From an uncultured Desulfarculus sp. (GTDB lineage: Bacteria; Desulfobacterota; Desulfarculia; Desulfarculales; Desulfarculaceae), in contig CAXXUK010000002.1 in the NCBI GenBank assembly GCA_963665125.2, positions 800,001-864,000 on the forward strand: a stretch of 64,000 nt of DNA, given 5' to 3'. Within the stretch, counting starts at the first letter, position 1; every line of letters starts with the position of its first letter. The translations under genes were made by a program, and so were the position numbers. The notes under the pieces are model-generated. The model did not search any database. It was given only the letters and a program-made list of their open reading frames with translations, and was not told where the DNA came from. Of this stretch, positions 56,481-64,000 are shown piece after piece.

Positions 56481-56837
56481 ATGCAATGCAAACGATGCCA
56501 GGCTAATGTGGCAGCGGATGAGGTGTATGAATACGCCGGTGAAACCTTGTGCGAAGACTGCTACATGGACGCCCTCAGCCCGACCCGCACCTGCGACCCA
56601 TGGGCTGTTTACACGGCCAAACACGCGCCGGAAAAAGGCCCGGCCAACCCGGCACAGCACAAGATCATGAATTTGCTTGAAAAACACGGCCAAGTCAACG
56701 CTGAAGTCGTGTTGGCCGAAACAGGGCTTAGCCGCAAGGAGCTTGAGCGCGAAGTGGCCACTCTGCGGCATATGGAACTGCTGCGGGGCGTGCGCCGGGA
56801 TGACGGCGGCATCGCTTTGGCGTTATTCAACAAATAA
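56481..56837 (+). CDS. Small zinc-finger / winged-helix hypothetical protein
   Basis: CKRC...LCEDC...CDPWAV followed by an HTH-like region; GGAGG RBS. Confidence 0.8.
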   Translation: MQCKRCQANVAADEVYEYAGETLCEDCYMDALSPTRTCDPWAVYTAKHAPEKGPANPAQHKIMNLLEKHGQVNAEVVLAETGLSRKELEREVATLRHMELLRGVRRDDGGIALALFNK

Positions 56838-56849
56838 GAAGGGGGAGGC

Positions 56850-57470
56850 ATGGCCAACGAGGGACAGGTCTGGGACGAGATCTACAACGACTACCTACAG
56901 CAACTGGGACGCCTGGATCTTTCCTCGTTGGCCGGCAAACTCGGCGTGCGGCCCGATGGCGACGCGGTTGTTGTCGAGATGTTCGGCAAGCCATTTCGGG
57001 TGGGGCCCGGCGGCATTACCGACGAAAACGGCCAACGGCCCTTGCACGCCATCAGCGTCATTTTGTGCAAGTATCTGATTATCGGCCCGGAAGCCGAACC
57101 CGGCGACGGCTCCTGGAAAGCATATAAGGAATTCAAGGACTGCATGCCATATGTGCAGGGCTTTGACGACACGGCCCATAAACCCATTGAGCGGTCATTC
57201 GGCGGCGAGTTGCAGGCACTAAACAGCGCGGCGGACAAGCTGTGCGGCGTGGAGGCCGATGAGGGGCTCAGCTATGATTTCGTGCGGCTCTTTCACGCCC
57301 TGCCCAAGGTGCCCATGTTGATGCTTTTCAACGACAGCGAGGATATGTTTCCGGCCCAGTGCAGCCTCCTGTTCCGGGCCGATGTGCTGAACTACCTGGA
57401 CACCGAATGCACGGCAATCTGCGGCGGTGTGTTGGCCGCCTGGCTCAAGCGCGAGGCGGGCAAAAAGTGA
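56850..57470 (+). CDS. DUF3786-like protein
   Basis: ILCKYL, W..YKEF, ALPKVP...FND.EDMFPAQCSLLF...YLDTEC pattern. Confidence 0.78.
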   Translation: MANEGQVWDEIYNDYLQQLGRLDLSSLAGKLGVRPDGDAVVVEMFGKPFRVGPGGITDENGQRPLHAISVILCKYLIIGPEAEPGDGSWKAYKEFKDCMPYVQGFDDTAHKPIERSFGGELQALNSAADKLCGVEADEGLSYDFVRLFHALPKVPMLMLFNDSEDMFPAQCSLLFRADVLNYLDTECTAICGGVLAAWLKREAGKK

Positions 57471-57495
57471 GACGTAACTTGCCGTAAAAACATCG

Positions 57496-57526
57496 ACCCC
57501 GCAGCAAGCCTGCGGGGTTTTTCTTT
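57496..57526 (+). terminator. Rho-independent terminator
   Basis: ACCCCGCAG-CAAGC-CTGCGGGGT followed by TTTTCTTT. Confidence 0.8.
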
Positions 57527-57585
57527 GCAGCCACCAAGCAGCCGTCAACTTCTGTGAGCCAGCCCGGCTGGTTTCTTTTCCAAAC

Positions 57586-58071
57586 TCACCTATTGATTAG
57601 GGGAACTTCAACCATTAGGCCCTCGAAACGGTGTGCGAGGTCAGGGCAAAATTTGGGCTCACAAAAGACACGAAGGTGGCCAACTACCAACAAACGGCCT
57701 TCCCCGGCTCGGAGAAGGTACATTTCGCCTTCGGCGACTGTAGCCATTTTTCCAGAGGAGACGCAGGGCCAATCTGGCTTGGCATCCACCTGCCAGTTCA
57801 AGTGTAGCCGGGTCCCCGGAGGTTTCGGCAATTTATATACAGGTGAGCTGGGGTAGTAGCTTGGCTTGATGATAAAACGAACTTTTTCTAATTTCCCGGA
57901 ATCGGTGTAATCCAGGTAGAAAACGAACCTAATTGAGGGATCGCCCAAGTCAAATGTTTTGGTGACGGTTGTGCCCGCGATTGCCGGATTACAGATTATT
58001 AAGGTGAAAAACAGGGCGCAAAAGAGTCTAAGAAAGCCGTGGTGCGGCTTGAACTGACGTTTCCGGTTCAT
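57586..58071 (-). CDS. Secreted hypothetical protein (lower GC)
   Basis: GGAGAG RBS; signal-like LRLFCALFFTLIICNPAIA. Confidence 0.6.
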   Translation of the reverse strand: MNRKRQFKPHHGFLRLFCALFFTLIICNPAIAGTTVTKTFDLGDPSIRFVFYLDYTDSGKLEKVRFIIKPSYYPSSPVYKLPKPPGTRLHLNWQVDAKPDWPCVSSGKMATVAEGEMYLLRAGEGRLLVVGHLRVFCEPKFCPDLAHRFEGLMVEVPLINR

Positions 58072-58398
58072 GACTGCTCTCTCTCCGGATAAGCAGGAGC
58101 GGCGGGCAGGGACCGCTGCCATCGAAAATTGCGTGGAACAAGCGTTAAGGGGCAGCTTTTTAGTTAATTGGGCCTGAATCAACCATGTTAGTCCGGCAAC
58201 AGGCGAAGGCGAACATAATCACCTGATTATTTCAGTGCATGGTAAATCGTTGGCCGCAAAACAGTCAATGAAAAGGTTGATTTCCGACAATACCATGCGC
58301 CTGGCGCGGCAAAGCCCCATTTGCCGCCGGGGGGCGCGACGTATTACAATCAAGTCCATGGCCTGTTGGCCACAACCTCACCCATATGGAGCCTTGGT

Positions 58399-60606
58399 AT
58401 GGCCGCCGACAGCAGACGAAAAGAACGGCAACTCAACCAACGCCTCTGGGCCGCCGCGGCCCTACGCCTGATCCTGCCGTCGGTATTGGCCATTGTCATC
58501 TTTCTGCTGGCCATCTTCATGATCATCCTGCCGGACCTCAAGGAAAACATCATGGCCCGCAAGCGGGAGATGATCCGCGAACTGGTCCAGACCAACCTGG
58601 ACAACATGGCCTTTTTGGAGGCCCGCAGGCGGCGCGGTGAGATTAGCCTGGAACAAGCCCAGGAGCTGACGATTCGCCAGACGCGCCAGGAGCGCTACGG
58701 CCGGGAAATGAAAGACTATTTCTGGATCAACGACATGCACCCGCGCATGATCATGCACCCCTACCGCACCGATCTGGAAGGCAAGGACATCTCAGATTTC
58801 GCCGATCCCAACGGCAAGCATCTGTTCAGCGAGTTCGTGAAAGTGGCCCGGCAAAATGGCGAGGGCTTCGTGGACTACATGTGGCAGTGGAAGGACGACC
58901 CCCACAAGATCGTGCCCAAGCTGTCGTTCATCAAGGAGTTCAAGCCCTGGGGCTGGATCGTGGGCACGGGCATATACCTTGATGATGTGGACGCCGAGAT
59001 GGACAAGATGGTGCGCCATTTCACCCTGGCGGCCCTGGGCACCATGGGCGTGATCATTTTGATGTTTCTGTACATCGCCCAGCACAATTTCCGGACCGAG
59101 CGCCGCCGGCTGCTGGCCGAACGCCAGTTGGAACGCTCGCGCAAAATGCTCAGGCTGGTGATGGACTCCATCCCCCAATACATTTATTGGCGCGACACCG
59201 ACGGCGTGTTCCAGGGCTGCAACATGAAGTTCGCCCAATTGGCCGGCCTGAGCGACCCCGAGGAAGTTGTGGGCAAACAGCGTGTGGAGGCGCCGGGGGT
59301 CATAGAGGCCGAGGGCCGCGAGTTGATCAAGGAGCAGGAGGTGATGGACTCGGGCCTAAGCCAGATGCAGATCGTCGCCCCCAGGGAGGGCCCGGGCAGC
59401 GCCCGGCGCTGGGTGGAGTCCAACCGCATACCCCTGCGCGACGAAGAAGGTCGGGTCATGGGCGTGTTGTGCACCCACGAGGACATTACCAAGCTCATAG
59501 AAATCAGCCACAAGCTGGACGAAAGCGAACTGCGTTTCCGCACCCTGGTGGAATACCTGCCCGTGGGCATCATGATCCTCAAGGACGGCAGGGTGGTCTA
59601 TTCCAATCCCGAGCAGAAGCGTCTGTTCGGCGTGGAGCGCGACGACTTCTACTTTGACGAATTGGTGAACACTCCGCCCGGCGACTTGCAAAAACTTTAC
59701 GAACTGGACGACCAGCCGCAACTGCAAAACGGTCGGATCTGGGAAAACGAGCTGCGCTTCTATCCCTGGGGCAAGGTCTACAACTCCATGGAAATGCGCT
59801 GGGTGTTGTGCCGGGCCACGGGCATCAACTACCGCGGCGGACCGGGATTTCTGGTGACCATGCTCGACATCGGCCGGGCCAGGGAACTGGAGTACATGGT
59901 CAAGGTCCAGGACAAGATGGCCAGCCTGGGCCGGGTGGCCGCCGGTATCGCCCACGAGATCCGCAACCCGTTGTCCGGCGTGAACATGTACCTCAGCGCT
60001 CTCAAGGAAAGCCCGGTGGCGGCGGATGAAAATGCCGCATCGGTTATCGAAAAGATCCGGGCCGCCAGCGGGCGCATCGAGGCGGTGGTCAAGCGGGTGC
60101 TGGATTTCTCGCGCCCCACCAAGCCCAGCCTGGCCTGGATGCAGCTCAACCGGGCTCTGGAAAACGTGCTGGAGCTTTCTTCGGTCACCCTGCGCAAGGA
60201 AGGCATGACCCTGGAGACGGAATTTTCCGAAAGGCTGCCCCTGATCTACGCCGACCAACAGCTGTTGGAACAGGTTTTCTTGAACTTGGTGACCAACGCC
60301 ATGCAGGCCATGCGCGAATGGGACGGACCCAAGAGACTGCGTATCGAGACAGGCCTGAGCGCTGACAGGATCGTGGTGCAGGTCTCGGATTCCGGGCCCG
60401 GCGTGCCGCCGGAGATCCGCGACCGCATCTTTGATCCGTTCTTTACGGGCACCGGCCAGGGCTCGGGCATCGGCCTGAGCCTCAGCCGCCGGATCATCAG
60501 CGATTTGGGCGGTTCGCTGGCCCACGATGAAAGCCGCTGGGGCGGAGCCCTGTTCACCGTGAGACTTCCCGCCGTGACTTATTGGGGCTATGATAGCCAC
60601 GGATAG
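58399..60606 (+). CDS. Sensor histidine kinase (TM-Cache-TM-PAS-PAS-HisKA-HATPase)
   Basis: YFWIND..RMIMHP...G.GFVDY.W...PKLS....WGWIVGTG (Cache_2-like); AHEIRNPL, NA..A, DSGPG, FDPFFT, G.GIGL. Confidence 0.93.
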   Translation: MAADSRRKERQLNQRLWAAAALRLILPSVLAIVIFLLAIFMIILPDLKENIMARKREMIRELVQTNLDNMAFLEARRRRGEISLEQAQELTIRQTRQERYGREMKDYFWINDMHPRMIMHPYRTDLEGKDISDFADPNGKHLFSEFVKVARQNGEGFVDYMWQWKDDPHKIVPKLSFIKEFKPWGWIVGTGIYLDDVDAEMDKMVRHFTLAALGTMGVIILMFLYIAQHNFRTERRRLLAERQLERSRKMLRLVMDSIPQYIYWRDTDGVFQGCNMKFAQLAGLSDPEEVVGKQRVEAPGVIEAEGRELIKEQEVMDSGLSQMQIVAPREGPGSARRWVESNRIPLRDEEGRVMGVLCTHEDITKLIEISHKLDESELRFRTLVEYLPVGIMILKDGRVVYSNPEQKRLFGVERDDFYFDELVNTPPGDLQKLYELDDQPQLQNGRIWENELRFYPWGKVYNSMEMRWVLCRATGINYRGGPGFLVTMLDIGRARELEYMVKVQDKMASLGRVAAGIAHEIRNPLSGVNMYLSALKESPVAADENAASVIEKIRAASGRIEAVVKRVLDFSRPTKPSLAWMQLNRALENVLELSSVTLRKEGMTLETEFSERLPLIYADQQLLEQVFLNLVTNAMQAMREWDGPKRLRIETGLSADRIVVQVSDSGPGVPPEIRDRIFDPFFTGTGQGSGIGLSLSRRIISDLGGSLAHDESRWGGALFTVRLPAVTYWGYDSHG

Positions 60607-60619
60607 TTGGAGAGCATAG

Positions 60620-61987
60620 ATGATCTCATTTTCGCTATTTGTGGTGGACGACGAAGAATTCATCCGCGACGCCGCCCTGATGAACCTGGGCCAGTATGAC
60701 GTCAAGGCCTTTGCCACGGCAGAGGACGCCATTGCCGCGGCCAAAGAACATGCCCCGGACCTGGTGCTGTTGGACGTGGGCCTGCCGGGCATGAGCGGCG
60801 TCGACGCCCTGGCCGAGATGCGCGCCATCTGCCCGGAGACTCTGTTCATCATGATCACGGCCTACGAGGACGTCGACACCGTGGTCAAGGCCATGAAGCG
60901 CGGGGCTTATGATTATGTGGTCAAGCCCCTGCACATGGATTCGCTGAAAAACAACATCGCCAATGCCTTGGAGTCGGTGCGCCTGCGCAAGCAGGTCCGG
61001 CTGTTGCACCAGCGCTATCTCGAGGAAAACCTGCCCTGTTTTATCGGCGAGTCCAAGCAGATCCAGACGGTGATGGACTTCGTGGGCAAGGTGGCGGCCG
61101 CCGGCGACGCGCCGGTGCTGATTCGGGGCGAGACCGGCACGGGCAAGGAGCTGATCGCCGGGGCGATCCATTTCAAGAGCCCGAATTTCCGGGGCAACCT
61201 GGTCACGGTCAACTGCGCGGCCATCCCCAGGGAACTCATTGAGAGCGAGTTGTTTGGCTATGAATCCGGGGCCTTCAGCGGGGCCAAGAGCGGCGGCAAA
61301 CGGGGCCTTGTCGAGGGGGCCGACCACGGCACCTTGTTCTTGGACGAGGTGGGCGACCTGGGGCTCGAGGCCCAGGCCAAGCTGCTGCGTTTCCTGGATT
61401 CGGGCGAGTTCTTCAAGGTGGGCGGCACCAAACCCATCAAGGTCAAGACCAGGGTCGTTTCGGCCACCAACCGCGACCTGGAGGCCATGATCGACTCCGG
61501 CGAGTTTCGCCAGGACCTGTTTTACCGCCTGGCCGTGGTGCGGGTGGACGTGCCGTCCCTGGAGAAGCGGCCCGAGGACATCCTGCCCATAGCCAGCCAT
61601 TTTCTGGTGGAGCTTGCCGACAAGTATTTAAAAAGATTCACCGGCATCAGCCCCCGGGCGGCCGCCCTGCTCACGTCCCGCAAGTGGCCGGGCAATGTGC
61701 GCGAATTGCGGGGGCTTATCGAACGGGGGGTGATCAGCGGCGACGGGCCCCTGCTGGAACCCGCCGATATGGGGCTGGCCGTAAAAAGCGGCTCCGGCGG
61801 CCTCGACGGCCTGCCCGCCCTGGGGCCCGATGGCCTGGACCTGGCCTCGGTTTTGGAGGACGTGGAGCGGCGCTATATCGAACTGGCCTCCCAACTCGGC
61901 GGCGGCAACGACACCAAGGCCGCCGAACTGCTGGGCCTCAACTATCACACCTTTCGCTACCGCAAAAAGAAGCTCCTGGGTCAGTAG
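60620..61987 (+). CDS. Sigma-54-dependent response regulator (NtrC family)
   Basis: Receiver domain; GETGTGKE, ESELFG..GAFSGA, LDEV, FRQDLFYRL, WPGNVREL; Fis-type HTH. Confidence 0.95.
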   Translation: MISFSLFVVDDEEFIRDAALMNLGQYDVKAFATAEDAIAAAKEHAPDLVLLDVGLPGMSGVDALAEMRAICPETLFIMITAYEDVDTVVKAMKRGAYDYVVKPLHMDSLKNNIANALESVRLRKQVRLLHQRYLEENLPCFIGESKQIQTVMDFVGKVAAAGDAPVLIRGETGTGKELIAGAIHFKSPNFRGNLVTVNCAAIPRELIESELFGYESGAFSGAKSGGKRGLVEGADHGTLFLDEVGDLGLEAQAKLLRFLDSGEFFKVGGTKPIKVKTRVVSATNRDLEAMIDSGEFRQDLFYRLAVVRVDVPSLEKRPEDILPIASHFLVELADKYLKRFTGISPRAAALLTSRKWPGNVRELRGLIERGVISGDGPLLEPADMGLAVKSGSGGLDGLPALGPDGLDLASVLEDVERRYIELASQLGGGNDTKAAELLGLNYHTFRYRKKKLLGQ

Positions 61988-62017
61988 GGGCAAATAGAAG
62001 AAATTCAAAACGCCATG

Positions 62018-62049
62018 CCGGAAAAATAGAAGATTTTCTATTTTTCCGG
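62018..62049. promoter_or_regulatory. Perfect 14-bp inverted repeat (candidate upstream activator site and/or terminator)
   Basis: CCGGAAAAATAGAA-GATT-TTCTATTTTTCCGG followed by a T-run; a partial second copy AAATAGAAGAAATTC lies near 61992. Confidence 0.7.
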
Positions 62050-62136
62050 TTTTTTGCGTCTTTTTATACAATGCTTCGTCTTTACTGTAACGTGTAACGC
62101 ATTGTAATAAAAACGATATTCCCTATCACACCGTTC

Positions 62137-62152
62137 TGGCACGGTTGCTGCT
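62137..62152 (+). promoter_or_regulatory. Sigma-54 (-24/-12) promoter
   Basis: TGGCACGGTTGCTGCT (GG-N10-GC) upstream of the MFS gene. Confidence 0.85.
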
Positions 62153-62207
62153 CATAGTAATGGACAAAGAAACATTTCCGGCAATTAAACCAGGAGAGGA
62201 TGGGGTT

Positions 62208-63491
62208 ATGAGCCAGATCAAGAACAAGGGATGGCAGGTCACCTCAGCCGGGTTGGGCATCAACCTGGCCTTGGGTATTTTATACACCTGGAGCGTCTTC
62301 AAGCTGGCCATCAAGGAATCCATTACCAGGGGCGACGGGGTCTTTACCTGGGACCTTGCGTCGCTCAACGACCCATACGCGGTCTGCTGTATCGTTTTTG
62401 CCTTTGCCATGATTCCGGCAGGGCGCATGCAGGATAAGCTGGGACCCAAGACCACGGCGACCATCGGCGGTATCCTGACCGGCCTGGGTCTGCTGTTGGC
62501 ATCTTTCAGCACTTCGCTGCTGGTTTGGGTGCTGGGTTTCGGCGTGCTCACCGGCCTGGGCCTGGGCTTCGGCTATGCCTCGGCCACGCCTCCGGCCATC
62601 AAGTGGTTCCCTGCCTCCAAGACGGGCATGATCGCCGGTTTGGTGGTTGCCGGTTTCGGTCTGGCCTCGGTGTACATCGCGCCGCTGGCCAAGTTCCTCA
62701 TCGGCCAATTCGGCCTGAGCAGTTCCATGATGATCTTCGGCGGGGCCTTCCTGGTGGTGGTCTGCCTGTTGTCCCAGTTTTTGGTCAACCCGCCCGAGGG
62801 CTTCAAGCCGGCTGAAACAGCCACCAACGGCGCCAAGTCCCCGGCGGCCAAGCCCATGGTGGACGTCGAATACAAGACCATGCTGCGCACCCGCAGCTTC
62901 TGGGTGCTGTGGTTTATCTATATGGTTGGCTCCGGCGCCGGACTGATGATCATCGGCAACGTGGCGGGCATGGCCAAGGCCAGCCTGGGCGAGATGGCCT
63001 GGGTCGTGGTGGCCCTGATGGCCGTGGGCAACGCCGGCGGCCGCATCGCCGCGGGCATGGTCTCCGACAAGCTGGGCCGCACCCAGACCATGGCCATCAT
63101 GCTCACCTTCCAGGCCGTGATCATGTTCAGCCTGCTCTATATCAGCGGCTCCAGCGCGGTGTTGATCGTCACAGCGGCCACGCTGATCGGCTTCAACTAC
63201 GGCACCAACCTGTCGCTGTTCCCCTCGGCCTGCAAGGACTTCTTCGGCCTCAAGAACTTCGGCATGAACTACGGCCTGCTGTTCACGGCCTGGGGCGTGG
63301 GCGGCTTCATCCTGCCCAGGGTCTCCCAGATGATCGTGGCCCAGACCGGCACCTTCAGCGCGGCCTACATCATGGCGGCCATCCTGCTGCTGGTCGGCGC
63401 CGGACTCACGGCTGTGGTCGGCAGCCCGGCCAAGGAAACCCCGGAAGTGCGCATCGCCCAGCCCACCGGCGCTCCCGGCGGCGGCGCCTAA
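62208..63491 (+). CDS. OFA-family MFS transporter (oxalate:formate antiporter-like)
   Basis: 12 TM helices; LGILYTWSVF, GRMQDKLGP, KWFP..G...G..VAGFG, GRIAAG.VSDKLGR, FG.KNFG.NYG. Confidence 0.9.
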   Translation: MSQIKNKGWQVTSAGLGINLALGILYTWSVFKLAIKESITRGDGVFTWDLASLNDPYAVCCIVFAFAMIPAGRMQDKLGPKTTATIGGILTGLGLLLASFSTSLLVWVLGFGVLTGLGLGFGYASATPPAIKWFPASKTGMIAGLVVAGFGLASVYIAPLAKFLIGQFGLSSSMMIFGGAFLVVVCLLSQFLVNPPEGFKPAETATNGAKSPAAKPMVDVEYKTMLRTRSFWVLWFIYMVGSGAGLMIIGNVAGMAKASLGEMAWVVVALMAVGNAGGRIAAGMVSDKLGRTQTMAIMLTFQAVIMFSLLYISGSSAVLIVTAATLIGFNYGTNLSLFPSACKDFFGLKNFGMNYGLLFTAWGVGGFILPRVSQMIVAQTGTFSAAYIMAAILLLVGAGLTAVVGSPAKETPEVRIAQPTGAPGGGA

Positions 63492-63552
63492 TTGAACGGA
63501 TTGAACCAAACGGTTATTTGATAGCTGATAAGCATAGATGAAAGGAGTGGGG

Positions 63553-64000
63553 ATGAGCCCGAAAATCACCGAACAGAACGGACTGTACTATCCGCCCCAA
63601 GAAACGACCCAAAAGGCCTGGATCGGCAGCCTTGACGAATACCGCAAGCTCTACGAGCAATCCATCAACTCGCCCGAGGAATTCTGGGCGGGCGTGGCCA
63701 AGGAGTTCTACTGGCAAAAGCCCTGGACCAAGGTGATGAGCTACAACTATCACCGCTCCAAGGGCCCCATTGACATCAAATGGTTCATCGGAGCCAAGAC
63801 CAATATCTGCTACAACTGCGTGGACCGTCACCTGACCACGCGAGCCGACCAGCCGGCCCTGATGTGGGAAGGCAACGAGCCAGGCGAGGACAAGACCCTG
63901 ACCTACAGCCAGCTCTACGAGGAGGTGACCAAGTTCGCCAACGTGCTCAAGGGCTTTGGCATCAAAAAAGGCGACCGTGTAACGATCTACCTGCCCATGG
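63553..64000 (+). CDS. acs: Acetate--CoA ligase (5' part; runs off the window)
   Basis: My translation from ATG 63553 (AAGGAG RBS): Y..LYEQSI.SPEEFW...KWF.GAKTNICYNCVDRHL...WEGNEPG...TYSQL..EV.KFANVLK..GIKKGDRVTIYLPM. Absent from the ORF track because it has no stop in the window. Confidence 0.93.
   Translation, partial: MSPKITEQNGLYYPPQETTQKAWIGSLDEYRKLYEQSINSPEEFWAGVAKEFYWQKPWTKVMSYNYHRSKGPIDIKWFIGAKTNICYNCVDRHLTTRADQPALMWEGNEPGEDKTLTYSQLYEEVTKFANVLKGFGIKKGDRVTIYLPM

Overview
High-GC chromosomal window with a gene set typical of an anaerobic deltaproteobacterium (Thermodesulfobacteriota-like; taxonomy is inferred). From left to right: (1) a mosaic phage tail tape-measure-like gene, preceded by a 183-bp direct repeat of its own 5' part that brackets a divergently transcribed secreted-protein gene; (2) housekeeping and redox genes (thioesterase, nudC, NTF2/SnoaL protein, NADH oxidoreductase, MBL hydrolase, acetoacetate-CoA ligase, flavoprotein); (3) a selenocysteine peroxiredoxin that the ORF track splits at an in-frame UGA followed by a SECIS-like hairpin; (4) bioBAFD with a BirA operator, and trkAH; (5) a 13-kb glycosylation cluster with four GT4s, a GT2, a radical SAM/SPASM enzyme, an epimerase and two tandem membrane/spermidine-synthase-like paralogs; (6) a Tat-lipoprotein alkyl sulfatase; (7) an uncharacterised three-gene operon (818-aa protein with carboxylate-amine-ligase-like motifs, phosphatidylserine-decarboxylase-like, Lgt-like) behind pho-box-like repeats, my best candidate for an undescribed system (possibly phosphorus-free lipid synthesis); (8) an EAL-CBS-GGDEF protein, TetR, AOR+MoaD divergent from a sphingosine-1-phosphate-lyase-like gene, and a MITE-like element; (9) a LipS1/LipS2-type lipoate assembly operon; (10) a tandem-CZB chemoreceptor and small regulators; (11) a Cache-kinase/sigma-54 module upstream of an OFA transporter and acs (truncated by the window end). 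I saw no rRNA, tRNA, CRISPR array or transposase. All functional calls come from motif recognition by eye, not database searches.
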